62,744 bases of DNA from positions 1 through 62,744 of the forward strand of contig JBJDXJ010000016.1 in the NCBI GenBank assembly GCA_051866635.1, written 5' to 3'. The notes beneath the pieces were generated by a model that was given only the letters and a program-made list of their open reading frames with translations, was not told the DNA's origin and ran no database searches. Source of the DNA: Clostridia bacterium (GTDB lineage: Bacteria > Bacillota > Clostridia > UMGS1883). Of the stretch, positions 20,052-30,314 are shown in pieces. Position 1 is the stretch's first letter. Each line of letters opens with the position of its first letter. Both the position numbers and the translations under genes were made by a program.

Positions 20052-20903
20052 TTATATTGCGTGCAAATTTTTAAGAGATACGTCAAGTATGGGTGCAGAA
20101 TGTGTCAGAGCACCGCTTGATACAAAGTCAACGCCGATATCCGTAATTCTCTTTATGTTTTCAGCAGTTACATTGCCGGAACATTCCGTTAAGGCTCTGC
20201 CTGCAATAATTTCAACAGCCTTTCGCATATCGTCATCTGACATATTGTCAAGCATGATAATATCTGCTCCTGCATCTACCGCTTCCTTGACCATATCGAG
20301 GTTTTCACATTCAACCTCAATTTTTGTAACAAAGGAAATATACTCTCTTGCCATTTTTACGGCTTTTTTTACACCGCCTGCGGCACCGATGTGGTTATCC
20401 TTTAGCATAACGCAATCAGAAAGGTTGTAGCGATGGTTGTTTCCGCCACCTGCTTTAACTGCATATTTTTCAAATATTCTCATGTTGGGGGTAGTCTTTC
20501 TTGTATCAAGGAGTTTTGTCTTTGTTCCCTCAAGTAAAGAAGCAACCTTTTTGGTATATGTAGCAATACCGCTCATTCTCTGGAGGTAGTTAAGTGCCGT
20601 TCTCTCCCCTGACAAAAGAACTCTTATATCACCTGTTACTGTTGCAAGCAGTTGCTTGTTTGTAACACTATCCCCGTCTTTAACATACATGTCGCATTTA
20701 GTGTCAGGGTCAAGTATTTCAAAAACACGCTTAAAAATATCAAGCCCTGCAATAATGCCGTCTTCTTTGCATATAAGCTGAACTTCGCCCAAACAATACT
20801 CAGGCATAACAGCCTGTGTTGAAATATCTTCACTTGTAATATCTTCTTTTAATGCTGCCCGGATTAAATCGTCACAAACCAATTTCATTGTAATATCATT
20901 CAC
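20052..20903 (-). CDS. nadC: Nicotinate-nucleotide diphosphorylase (quinolinate phosphoribosyltransferase)
   Basis: ERTALNYLQRMSGIAT, DTRKT, NHR, LKDNH, IMLDN. Confidence 0.97.
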   Translation of the reverse strand: MNDITMKLVCDDLIRAALKEDITSEDISTQAVMPEYCLGEVQLICKEDGIIAGLDIFKRVFEILDPDTKCDMYVKDGDSVTNKQLLATVTGDIRVLLSGERTALNYLQRMSGIATYTKKVASLLEGTKTKLLDTRKTTPNMRIFEKYAVKAGGGNNHRYNLSDCVMLKDNHIGAAGGVKKAVKMAREYISFVTKIEVECENLDMVKEAVDAGADIIMLDNMSDDDMRKAVEIIAGRALTECSGNVTAENIKRITDIGVDFVSSGALTHSAPILDVSLKNLHAI

Positions 20904-22206
20904 GGTTTTTCCTCTCCTTTTCTATTTCATTAAGCACGGATTTTTTGTACTCCTCCATCAATTTATCAATATCCTTATAGCTTTCGTTATTAAGAACACT
21001 GTCAAAATCCACAGCCTTACAGGAACCAGCTTTTTTGTAATTATCGAAATTTTCACAAATGTCCTTTGCCACACGTCTTGCAAAAACAAGTGATTCCAAA
21101 AGGGAGTTTGAAGCCAATCGGTTCGCACCGTGGACACCGTTACATGCAGTTTCCCCTGCAGAATAAAGGTTATTCATGCTTGTTCTGCCGTCTTTATCAA
21201 TCCATACACCGCCCATAAAATAATGCTGTGCAGGTGTTATGGGGATGCATTCTTTCGTTACATCATAACCGTGGTCAAGACATTTTTTATAAATATTCGG
21301 GAAATGCTCCTTTATAACATCCTCTCCGATAGGTGTCATATCAAGCCAAACATGGGGCTTATTGTCCTTTTCCATCTGCTTATAAATGGCATTTGCAACA
21401 ACATCCCTGGGCTGAAGTTCGTCGGTAAACCTATTCATATCGCTGCCACGTAAAAGTGCACCTTCACCACGACAGGATTCGGAAATCAAAAACCTTCTTC
21501 CGTATTTTTCAGAATAAAATGCTGTTGGATGAATTTGTACATAGTCCACATCTTCAAGTCTTATATTGTGCTTTATGGCAATTGCAATGGCATCGCCTGT
21601 CAAGTGGCGGTAATTTGTGCTGTCCTTATACAAGCCGCCGATACCGCCTGTTGCCCATACAACACAGGAAGCAGAAACGGGAACAAGACGGCCCTTTGCA
21701 TCAACACCCACAATACCAAGGCAGGTATTATCCTTTTCAACAATATCAATCATGGTAAACTTCTCAATGATTTTTACATTGTCAAGTTCCTTTACCCTTT
21801 CCAATAATGTTGAAGTAATTTCCTTACCTGTCACATCCTCATGGAATAAAATTCTCTCCGTTGAGTGAGCACCTTCACGGGTGTATTTGAAATTACCATC
21901 ATCATCCCGTTCAAAATCAACACCATAATTGACAAGATCATTTATAACTTCACGGGAGGAACGTATCATAATATCAACACTTTCAGGTCTGTTTTTATAA
22001 TGACCCGCACGCATCGTATCTTCATAAAAGCTGTCGTAATCATCATCGTTTTTAAGCACGCATATGCCGCCCTGAGCCAAAAAAGAATCGCTTCTTTCCA
22101 CGCTGTCCTTGGTAAAAACAATTATATTTAATTCCTTCGGCAGATTAAGTGCACAATAGAGCCCTGCAACTCCGCTGCCTATAATTGCAACATCAGCTTT
22201 AAACAT
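20896..22206 (-). CDS. nadB: L-aspartate oxidase
   Basis: IIGSGVAG FAD motif, AQGGI, EGAHS, VQIHPT, HYFMGG, HGANRLASNSLLE. Confidence 0.95.
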   Translation of the reverse strand: MFKADVAIIGSGVAGLYCALNLPKELNIIVFTKDSVERSDSFLAQGGICVLKNDDDYDSFYEDTMRAGHYKNRPESVDIMIRSSREVINDLVNYGVDFERDDDGNFKYTREGAHSTERILFHEDVTGKEITSTLLERVKELDNVKIIEKFTMIDIVEKDNTCLGIVGVDAKGRLVPVSASCVVWATGGIGGLYKDSTNYRHLTGDAIAIAIKHNIRLEDVDYVQIHPTAFYSEKYGRRFLISESCRGEGALLRGSDMNRFTDELQPRDVVANAIYKQMEKDNKPHVWLDMTPIGEDVIKEHFPNIYKKCLDHGYDVTKECIPITPAQHYFMGGVWIDKDGRTSMNNLYSAGETACNGVHGANRLASNSLLESLVFARRVAKDICENFDNYKKAGSCKAVDFDSVLNNESYKDIDKLMEEYKKSVLNEIEKERKNRE

Positions 22207-22237
22207 ATTGTCAGACCCTTTCCATAGTTTTACTTAC

Positions 22238-22270
22238 ATTTTACACCAAGTGTCAAATCGTGTCAAGATA
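22238..22270 (-). promoter_or_regulatory. nadBC sigma-A promoter with putative NiaR operator
   Basis: TTGACA (22266-22261)-17 bp-TAAAAT (22243-22238). Palindrome TTTTACACCAAGTGTCAAA (22239-22257; ACA-N5-TGT core) overlaps the -10 box and spacer. Confidence 0.7.
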
Positions 22271-22300
22271 AAACAAAAGAGCCATAAGGCTCTTTTGTTT
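22271..22300 (-). terminator. Intrinsic terminator after the 1538 aa GH43 gene
   Basis: Perfect 13 bp stem AAACAAAAGAGCC/GGCTCTTTTGTTT, 4 nt loop. Confidence 0.85.
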
Positions 22301-22303
22301 TAT

Positions 22304-25300
22304 CTATTCTATTATTACTCTGTAGCCGTCAAGGCTGAATATGTCGGAATATTCACCGTCGCCCGTAAAGTCAAAATCCTTGGGTACACAGTAAAAGACA
22401 CATTCCGTAACCTTTCCTGTTTCGCTGTTGTATCTCATGTACAGATAATTGTGATAATTTGCCGTACTTTCAAATATGGACGGATATGCGGATATTTTTG
22501 AACCTGTCACCGTAACAGATGGCGTTTCGCCGTTCATTGCAATACCTACTCTGTAGCACTTTGTACTTCCTGACTGGAAGGAGTAAGTAGTTTTAGTTGT
22601 ATCGGGAAGGTTCTGTGTTGTAACTTTTGTACCACTCTTGGAATACATTTCAGTTACAATATTCTTATATTTTGTGTTACCGTCTGATGATTCGTATACC
22701 CCGAAAGAATTTGCAAACAAATCGGGATTGACGGGCATACCCAAACTTGCCAAAAGCTCAATGCCTCCACAATCGCCGTCTTCGTTTGTTCCTATTAAAA
22801 CAACGCTTCCGGGCACAACGTCTTCAATTGATTCTGACAATCCCACAACGTCAACATACTCCGTCAGAGTATACTGTGTAAGAACACCTTCCTTGTAGCC
22901 TTCAATAGTATCTTCCGTTACGGAGGAAACCACCATCACATTGTCCTCGCAGTCAAATTCATAGTCGGGAATTTTAAAGTCAAACATAAGAACATTATCT
23001 TCAATTCTAGCATTTCTGATGTAATATTTTGCAACAGAATTGTTATTGTTTATTCTTACATATTCCTTCCACCAATCTGCCAATTTCACCTGATTATAAA
23101 ATCCATCCTCCTGCCCTAAGGGTGTAATCACAATAGCTGTGCTGTTATCGGGATTAGGGCTATACGATACATCAAAGAACAAATCACCTGTGTATTTATC
23201 GCTTGCACCCACGGAACCGTCAGATTTATAAGTAATACGTATACCTGTCTGGTTAATGTAGGAATTAAGCACATTTTTAACAGCATCTGTAACAGTGTAG
23301 GGCATATTGCTGTCAGCCTCTGCACTGCTATTCTTCATAATTCCTACACTCACCTGATAAATACTTCTTGATACTTCACCTACGGTAAATTCCTTTTCGT
23401 CACCATTTGCTGTTTTGACCTTTACGTAGGCTGAAGCAGTATATCTACGGTTGTAGTTATTTGTTGAAAGCTTTGTTATTGCGGCAGAGAAAAGAGTTTT
23501 ATCGTCATTTTGGAATTTTTCTGCCGGAACGTAAACTTCACTACTGCTTCCTTCCGCACGAATTTTAATACCAAATTCAACATCCGGGATTGCAACAAGT
23601 GTATCGTTATAATCGGCAGTTGCAATAAATCTTAAGCCACTGTCACTCATAGCATCAATCTGTTCGCCTTCCGAAAGGTTAATGGAGCCCACTCTTACCT
23701 GTGCACCGTTTACCATTTCAACACCTGTTTCGTAAACAGGGTAAGCTGATGAAAAGTCGGTGTCTTCGGAAATGGTAAATTCACTATTGGGTAAATAACA
23801 ACCATTGTCTGTTTTAATAATAAGTGCATTATCATCAACAAACTTTAATTTATCATCCTCTCTGACAAAAATATCACCTGTTGCTTTTTTACCGTTTACA
23901 TAAAGTGTTACTCCGTCACCTGTCTTTACGGTTAATCTGTCGTCTGCACTATAGGATACGTTATATGTATCACCTGTTTTCTCTACTGTGACCGTAACAG
24001 AATCGCTTTCAGAAAAATCAACAGTTATATTTTCCTCACTTGTCAAAACATTACCTGAAGTGTACTGGGCGAAAGTTGCTGTAAATGCATTGTTTATTGT
24101 GCCCATTTTTACAAACTCAACAGTGTATACGCCGTCTTTTTCGGAAACATTGCAAGTTACGGGGAATTCCGTTTCAAAAAGCTCTGCTACTTCATATTCG
24201 CTTAACGCTCTGTCGTAAATCATGAACTCGTCAATTGCACCGTCAAAATACTTGTCACTTGACCACTGGGATTTTCCGATATAACAGTAGGGGATTGTGT
24301 ACTTTATCTCATAGGGGTCAAGCCTTATATTGTCCGCTTCGCCTGAAAGCACACCGTCAATGTAAATACGCATCACGTCCCCTTCCTGCATCATTACAAC
24401 ATGGGTCCATCTGCCTGTTTCTATATCTGTTTCAACATTTACCCCCATTGCCGTAGAGGCACTTCCTGCTGTAATTGCACCTCTGAGAATACCACTCTTA
24501 TAGTAAGGAGTTAAGAACATGTATCTGTCCGTACCTGTACCAAAGTCAAACACTCGCTGTGTAGTGTTTTTACTTTCGGGCTTTATCCATGCTGAAATTG
24601 TGTAATCCTCAAGTCCGCTAATTGCTTCGGAGGGTATTGTAACGTAGCTTTCACTTGTTCCGTCAAGAACTAAGCCGCTTTTGCCTGAAATACCCTGTGC
24701 AATAGTTGCATTAGACGAAAGCTGTGCGTTAAAATCGTTGCCTGACTTGTCTAAATCGTCCTCAAAATCGTAGTAGATTATTGGTTCTTGATGTGCCTCG
24801 TCCCTCTTTGCAACGCTCTTTCCGTATATTTCTTCCAAAGCATCAACTTCTGATTTTGAAACGGGTATTACATAACCGTGACGTGGTGTGAAGTCAAATG
24901 AATATTCACTTCTCGAAAACTGTGTAAAATTCACCAAATCTTCAGTTTCTGTCATAATAAAGAAACCGTCATTATAGGCATCGTAAATAATATGGTATTT
25001 ATCCTCATTCAACATTTTAAAAATACCACTGCCTTCAATTGCCACATTGCTTCCGCTTGAATTTTTCCTTGGAAGGGTGTTAATGGTATCGGAATAGGGT
25101 CCGCCGGCGTGTTCGCTTGTAACAACGCAGATACCGCCTGCACTTTCATTTTTTACATACATGTAATACAAGCCGTCTTTATAAATAATGTCACCGTCGA
25201 TGTCGTTTCCGTTCTCGGCATGACGATACAAAAGCTCAGGCTCTGTAATAAGAGTTTTCATGTCATGGGAGTAGACCTTGTACATCTGAGTAGTACCGCC

Positions 25301-26911
25301 TGAGGATAATGCAAGGTAAATCATGTAGGCACCGTATTGCCCTGTTTCTTCATCGTAGAACTCACTGTCCCAAATAGCCTGTGGTGCCCATGCACGTGTA
25401 GTCCAACCGTAATCTTTAAAATCAATTATCGTACCGTCATCCCAATTGATAAGGTCGTCACTTTCAAAAATGATAATAGAGCTTTGACTGCTCCAGCCAT
25501 CAGAGGAACGCATATCCGTAAACAATGCATAATACATGCCGTTCTGACCCTTCATAATAAAGGGGTCACGCATGCACTGGTGTCCTTTTGTACTCTCCAG
25601 CACACTGTTACCGTTATTTATTGTATTGAAATGATAACCGTCACGGCTTAAACCATAGTACATTTTTTCCTGGCTTGAGGCATTGCCTGTAAAGTAGGCA
25701 AATAAATATGCAAAATCCTCTTCTTCAACTGTTATAGTATAGGATTTACTTACTGTTTCACCGTTATATTCCGAATAAGCCGTAAGATTTGTTGACTTTT
25801 CACCCTCACCGGAAGGAGCCCTTGTGATTATTCCTTCGTTTGTTATAACAGTTTCGTCTTCCGAAACCCATGTTATTGTACTGCCATAAGTGCTTTCCGT
25901 TGGAAGATACAAGTTTTCTTTAAGATGTTCTAAATTGCCGAAAATGTGGATTTCATCCAAATCCATCTGTGCAATGTCTGCATCTGTGTAGTTATGTATT
26001 ACGGTAAACTCGTAAATTCTTTCAACGCTATTTCCGTTTGCATCGGAAAAAGTCGCCGTAAGATTTACCAAAGTATCAACGTCAGTTCTTGTAATAACAC
26101 CGCTACTTGTTAAAACCGCTTCGTTATCTGATTTCCATGTAACAGTCATTCCCTCATATTCTGTGGGAAGATTGATGTTCTCAGTCAACTTATAGCTTTC
26201 AAACTCCAAGCTTTCAGCCGCTATATAAACATCTGCGATCTCAGAAGACACTTTATGTTCGCTGTTTATTGCAATTACTTCATCGCTTGTCAAGGCTTTA
26301 TCATAAATTCTGAAATCTTCAATATAACCTTTAAAATAGCTGTCAGCGGAATATTGGCTCTTTGCCAGGTAGTTTCTGTCTGTATCGCCCAAGCTCGACG
26401 CTATTAGCTCGCTCGTCACTTCTCCCACCAAAGCACCGTCAACATACATTCTCTTTGTTTTGCCCTCCATTACAATTGCAATGGAAGCCCAGTTCCCCTT
26501 TTCTATTGGGTCGGCACTAAGCTTTCCTTCTTCAGTTTGCCAACCCCCTGTACTTATGGCAAAGCGGCAATATGTACCGTTATTTGTGTTTAAAAACAAA
26601 TAATTCTTATCCGAAGTTCCCACGGTAAATGTAAACTGGTTAGCACCGTCCATTTCAGGGCGTACATTTATAACAAATGTAACATTTTCACATCCCGATA
26701 CAATGTTATCAGGCATATGTATATAATCGCCTGTGCCGTCAAAATAAGCATATCCGTTTTTAATTACGGCTCCGTAATTTACACCTTCTGTAATCTCTCC
26801 GTCAAAGTCATAATGCAATAAAACGTTGTCTTGCCCTTGTGCAAAAGTAAATACCGGCAATGATAACACCATTGCAAAAACAAGGAGCATGGAAATTAAT
26901 CTGTTTTTCAT
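22304..26911 (-). CDS. Secreted multidomain glycoside hydrolase: LamG - Ig-like repeats - GH43-type beta-propeller - LamG - long uncharacterised C-terminal region
   Basis: Signal peptide; GH43-like MRDP, WAPQA, DIDGDI, AIEG, RHG motifs; two LamG-like domains (FKGYIEDFRIYDKAL, FDGAIDEFMIYDRAL); Ig-like LPT..G..ITW.S repeats. Start moved to ATG 26911 after AAAGGTG. Confidence 0.85.
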   Translation of the reverse strand: MKNRLISMLLVFAMVLSLPVFTFAQGQDNVLLHYDFDGEITEGVNYGAVIKNGYAYFDGTGDYIHMPDNIVSGCENVTFVINVRPEMDGANQFTFTVGTSDKNYLFLNTNNGTYCRFAISTGGWQTEEGKLSADPIEKGNWASIAIVMEGKTKRMYVDGALVGEVTSELIASSLGDTDRNYLAKSQYSADSYFKGYIEDFRIYDKALTSDEVIAINSEHKVSSEIADVYIAAESLEFESYKLTENINLPTEYEGMTVTWKSDNEAVLTSSGVITRTDVDTLVNLTATFSDANGNSVERIYEFTVIHNYTDADIAQMDLDEIHIFGNLEHLKENLYLPTESTYGSTITWVSEDETVITNEGIITRAPSGEGEKSTNLTAYSEYNGETVSKSYTITVEEEDFAYLFAYFTGNASSQEKMYYGLSRDGYHFNTINNGNSVLESTKGHQCMRDPFIMKGQNGMYYALFTDMRSSDGWSSQSSIIIFESDDLINWDDGTIIDFKDYGWTTRAWAPQAIWDSEFYDEETGQYGAYMIYLALSSGGTTQMYKVYSHDMKTLITEPELLYRHAENGNDIDGDIIYKDGLYYMYVKNESAGGICVVTSEHAGGPYSDTINTLPRKNSSGSNVAIEGSGIFKMLNEDKYHIIYDAYNDGFFIMTETEDLVNFTQFSRSEYSFDFTPRHGYVIPVSKSEVDALEEIYGKSVAKRDEAHQEPIIYYDFEDDLDKSGNDFNAQLSSNATIAQGISGKSGLVLDGTSESYVTIPSEAISGLEDYTISAWIKPESKNTTQRVFDFGTGTDRYMFLTPYYKSGILRGAITAGSASTAMGVNVETDIETGRWTHVVMMQEGDVMRIYIDGVLSGEADNIRLDPYEIKYTIPYCYIGKSQWSSDKYFDGAIDEFMIYDRALSEYEVAELFETEFPVTCNVSEKDGVYTVEFVKMGTINNAFTATFAQYTSGNVLTSEENITVDFSESDSVTVTVEKTGDTYNVSYSADDRLTVKTGDGVTLYVNGKKATGDIFVREDDKLKFVDDNALIIKTDNGCYLPNSEFTISEDTDFSSAYPVYETGVEMVNGAQVRVGSINLSEGEQIDAMSDSGLRFIATADYNDTLVAIPDVEFGIKIRAEGSSSEVYVPAEKFQNDDKTLFSAAITKLSTNNYNRRYTASAYVKVKTANGDEKEFTVGEVSRSIYQVSVGIMKNSSAEADSNMPYTVTDAVKNVLNSYINQTGIRITYKSDGSVGASDKYTGDLFFDVSYSPNPDNSTAIVITPLGQEDGFYNQVKLADWWKEYVRINNNNSVAKYYIRNARIEDNVLMFDFKIPDYEFDCEDNVMVVSSVTEDTIEGYKEGVLTQYTLTEYVDVVGLSESIEDVVPGSVVLIGTNEDGDCGGIELLASLGMPVNPDLFANSFGVYESSDGNTKYKNIVTEMYSKSGTKVTTQNLPDTTKTTYSFQSGSTKCYRVGIAMNGETPSVTVTGSKISAYPSIFESTANYHNYLYMRYNSETGKVTECVFYCVPKDFDFTGDGEYSDIFSLDGYRVIIE

Positions 26912-26926
26912 CTGTATCACCTTTCA

Positions 26927-29920
26927 TTAATTAATGGGCTTTAAGCTTTCCATTGATTCAAAGAAAATAACCTTACAGGAAGAACCTGTTTTCTCCACTG
27001 CAAATCTATAATCGGTATTTTTCTCAATTTCAAACTTTTTTGCACCTGATAAACTGCCATCCTCATTATATTGTGCGATTACTGCCACACACGCATATTC
27101 GGAAGCAGGGTAATTCAATACAAATTCGCCCGCTGTTTCTTCAACATAGTATCCCTTCGGTACGTCCATATTATAAAGCTCAATCACTTCTTCTTCAGAA
27201 ATGGCCCTGTTATAAATGCGGAATTCGTCAATCATACCGTCAAAATATCTATCATTTGACCACTGCGATTTTCCTATGTAGCAATAGGGGATTTTATACT
27301 GTATCTCATAGGGGTCAAGTCTTACATTTTCCGTTTCCCCTAAAAGGACACCGTCAATGTAAATACGCATCACATCCCCCTGTTGCATCATTACAACATG
27401 GGTCCATGTGCCCGTTTCAATGTCTTTTTCAACACTTATTCCCTTTTCCATGGTGTGGCTGTTTACGGTAATTGCACCGCGGAGAAGTCCCGTTCCATAA
27501 TACGGTGAAAAAAACATATATCTATTCGTACCTGTACCAAAGTCAAACACTCGCTGGGTGATATTTTTGTTATCGGTTTTAAACCATGCGGAGATTGTGT
27601 AATCCTCAAGTCCCTCCAAACATTCTGAGGGGATAGTGGCGAAGCTTTCGCTTGTCCCGTTTAACAGAAGTCCCTTTCCGCCTAAATTACTTTGTGCAAA
27701 TGCGGCGGAAGAACTCAATTGCACGTTGTAAAAATTTCCTGATTTATCACTCTCATCTTCAAAGTCATAATATAAAATCGGTTCTTTATCCTCTTTAACA
27801 TTTTCAGGCACCGCATTTCCGTATGCTTCTTGAAGTGCTGTAACCTCATCTTTTGAAATCGTTATAACGTAGCCGTGACGGGGTGTAAAATCAAAGGAAT
27901 ATTCTTTTCTGTCAAGCTGGTTAAAATTAACCAAATCTTCTGTTTCCGTCATAATAAAGAACCCATTGTTATATGCATCGTAAACAAGGTGGTATTTATC
28001 TTCATTCATCAGCTTAAAAATACCGCTGCCTTCGATTGCCACATCATTTCCGTTCAAATCTTTTCTCGGAAGAGCATTAATTCTGTCAGAATAGGGGCCT
28101 CCCGCGTGTTCGCTTGTAACAACGTAAATACCTTTGTCACTTCCGTCAGTTTCGTCCTTTACATACATATAATACAAGCCGTCTTTATAAATAATATCAC
28201 TGTCAATATCGTCCTTAAATTCATCGTGGCGATATAAAAGCTCGGGTGATGTAATAAGTGTTTTCATATCACGAGAATACACCTTGTACATCTGTGTGTT
28301 ACCGCCTGAGGAAAGGGCAAGGTAAATCATGTAGGCACCGTACTGCTCGTTCTCTTTATCGTAGAATTCCGGATCCCATATAGCCTGGGGTGCCCATGCA
28401 CGGTTATACCAGCCGTAATCGTTAAAATCTATAATTGTACCGTCGTCCCAATGAATAAGGTCTTCACTTTCAAAAATTATGATGGAGCTTTGGCTTGCCC
28501 AGCCGTCCCACGAACGCATATCAGTGAACAATGCGTAATACAAACCGTTCTGTCCCTTCATAATATAGGGGTCACGCATACACATGTGTCCCTTTGTGGA
28601 TTCAAGTACACTGTTGCCGTTATTTATTGTGTTAAAATGGTAACCATCACGGCTTAAACCGTAAAACATCCTTTCCTGTTCGGGTCTGTTTCCCGTAAAG
28701 TAAGCAAAAAGGTAAGCATAGTCCTCTTCTTCGACTGTAATATCGTAAGATTTACTTACTGTAGCACCGTTATATGTGGAAAAAACCCACAGTTTTGTTG
28801 ATTTGTCTCCACCACCTGAAACGGCACGTGTAATTTCACCTTCATTAGTTATAACCTGATCATCTTCGGAAAACCAGGTTATTGTACTTCCGTATTTGCT
28901 TTCCTTTGTAAGATACAAGTTTTCTTTTAAATGCTCAAGATTGCCCACAAGGTGTATTTCATCCAAATCCATCTGTGCAATTTCTTCATCTGTATAATTA
29001 TGAATTACCGTAAAGCCGTACTCCCTCTTAACGCTGTTGCCCCACTCATCAGTAAAGGTAGCTGTAAGAGTAACCCAACGGTCAATATCATAACGTGTAA
29101 TAATGCCATCATTTGACAGGACGCTTTCATCACCTGACTGCCACGTAACCTTTATGCCTCCACATTCTGAAGGGAGGATGATGTCATTTGTCAATTTATA
29201 TGTGTCAAAATTCAAACTTTCCGATGCGATATACACATCCGCCCTTTTTGCCGCCTTATCATGTTCATTTGCGATTTCACTTACTTCATCGCTTGTCAAG
29301 GCTTTATCATAAACTCTGAAATCTTCAATATAGCCTTTAAAATAGCTGTCATTGGCATACTGGCTCTTTGCCAGATAGTTTTTATCTGTATCGCCTAAAC
29401 TCGATGCAATTATATCGCTAGTCACTTCGTCAACCAAAGCACCGTCAACATACATTTTCTTTGTTTTGCCCTCCATTACAATTGCAACGGATGCCCAGTC
29501 CCCCTTTTGTATGGGGTCAGTATTTAATTTGCCTTCTTCCTGCCACCAGCCGACATTTGTCATGGCAAATCGACAATTTGAACCGTTATTTGTGTTTAAG
29601 AAAAGATAGTTGTTTTCTGAAGTACCCACAGTAAATGTAAATTGATTAGCTCCGTCCATTTCAGGGCGAACATTTATAACAAATGTAACATTCTCACAGC
29701 CTGACACCAAATTATCGGGCATATGGATATAGTCATCAACACCGTCAAAATATGCATAACCGTTCTTTATTTCCGCACCGTATGACTCGCCTAATGTTAT
29801 CTCGCTTTCAAAATCATAGCGGAGAATTGTATCTCCATTTTCATCGGCAAAAGCATTAGGCATCTGCGAAAGAAACATTGCAAAAGACAAAGCACCTGCA
29901 AAAAGTTTTTTAATTTTCAT
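26927..29920 (-). CDS. Secreted multidomain glycoside hydrolase: LamG - Ig-like repeats - GH43-type - LamG - short C-terminal module (paralog of the downstream gene)
   Basis: Same motifs and colinear similarity with 22304-26911. Start moved to ATG 29920 after GGAGGG. Confidence 0.85.
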   Translation of the reverse strand: MKIKKLFAGALSFAMFLSQMPNAFADENGDTILRYDFESEITLGESYGAEIKNGYAYFDGVDDYIHMPDNLVSGCENVTFVINVRPEMDGANQFTFTVGTSENNYLFLNTNNGSNCRFAMTNVGWWQEEGKLNTDPIQKGDWASVAIVMEGKTKKMYVDGALVDEVTSDIIASSLGDTDKNYLAKSQYANDSYFKGYIEDFRVYDKALTSDEVSEIANEHDKAAKRADVYIASESLNFDTYKLTNDIILPSECGGIKVTWQSGDESVLSNDGIITRYDIDRWVTLTATFTDEWGNSVKREYGFTVIHNYTDEEIAQMDLDEIHLVGNLEHLKENLYLTKESKYGSTITWFSEDDQVITNEGEITRAVSGGGDKSTKLWVFSTYNGATVSKSYDITVEEEDYAYLFAYFTGNRPEQERMFYGLSRDGYHFNTINNGNSVLESTKGHMCMRDPYIMKGQNGLYYALFTDMRSWDGWASQSSIIIFESEDLIHWDDGTIIDFNDYGWYNRAWAPQAIWDPEFYDKENEQYGAYMIYLALSSGGNTQMYKVYSRDMKTLITSPELLYRHDEFKDDIDSDIIYKDGLYYMYVKDETDGSDKGIYVVTSEHAGGPYSDRINALPRKDLNGNDVAIEGSGIFKLMNEDKYHLVYDAYNNGFFIMTETEDLVNFNQLDRKEYSFDFTPRHGYVITISKDEVTALQEAYGNAVPENVKEDKEPILYYDFEDESDKSGNFYNVQLSSSAAFAQSNLGGKGLLLNGTSESFATIPSECLEGLEDYTISAWFKTDNKNITQRVFDFGTGTNRYMFFSPYYGTGLLRGAITVNSHTMEKGISVEKDIETGTWTHVVMMQQGDVMRIYIDGVLLGETENVRLDPYEIQYKIPYCYIGKSQWSNDRYFDGMIDEFRIYNRAISEEEVIELYNMDVPKGYYVEETAGEFVLNYPASEYACVAVIAQYNEDGSLSGAKKFEIEKNTDYRFAVEKTGSSCKVIFFESMESLKPIN

Positions 29921-30038
29921 ATAACAACCCTCCATATGAGTTTCAACAACACCATATCATTATAAAGTATACCATTTCCTTCTGCTCCCTGTCAACCGCC
30001 ATGCAAACAAAAAAATGCACAAACAGGATTTTTTCTTC

Positions 30039-30065
30039 ACATATATGAAATAAAAACCATATAAT
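30039..30065 (+). promoter_or_regulatory. Possible sporulation (sigma-K/sigma-E type) promoter of feoAB
   Basis: AC-17 bp-CATATAAT. Confidence 0.4.
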
Positions 30066-30083
30066 TAAATTGGGTGGTAAAAT

Positions 30084-30302
30084 ATGACTCTATCCCAAAT
30101 GGTAATCGGTCAAAAAGCCACCGTTACCCAAACGGATATTTCAAACAAAATAATATGTCGCCTCATTGACATGGGGCTTTCGGAAAAAACTTGTGTAACA
30201 TGCCTTTTTAAAAATCTGTCCCGTGAAATTATCGCCTACAGAATAGGCGATGCTACCGTTGCCCTCCGTCGTGAAGATGCTGACCTTATAACAGTTTTAT
30301 AA
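30084..30302 (+). CDS. feoA: Ferrous iron transport protein A
   Basis: 72 aa; RLIDMGL and VALRREDA motifs; directly upstream of feoB. Confidence 0.88.
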   Translation: MTLSQMVIGQKATVTQTDISNKIICRLIDMGLSEKTCVTCLFKNLSREIIAYRIGDATVALRREDADLITVL

Positions 30303-30314
30303 TAGAGGTGTCCT

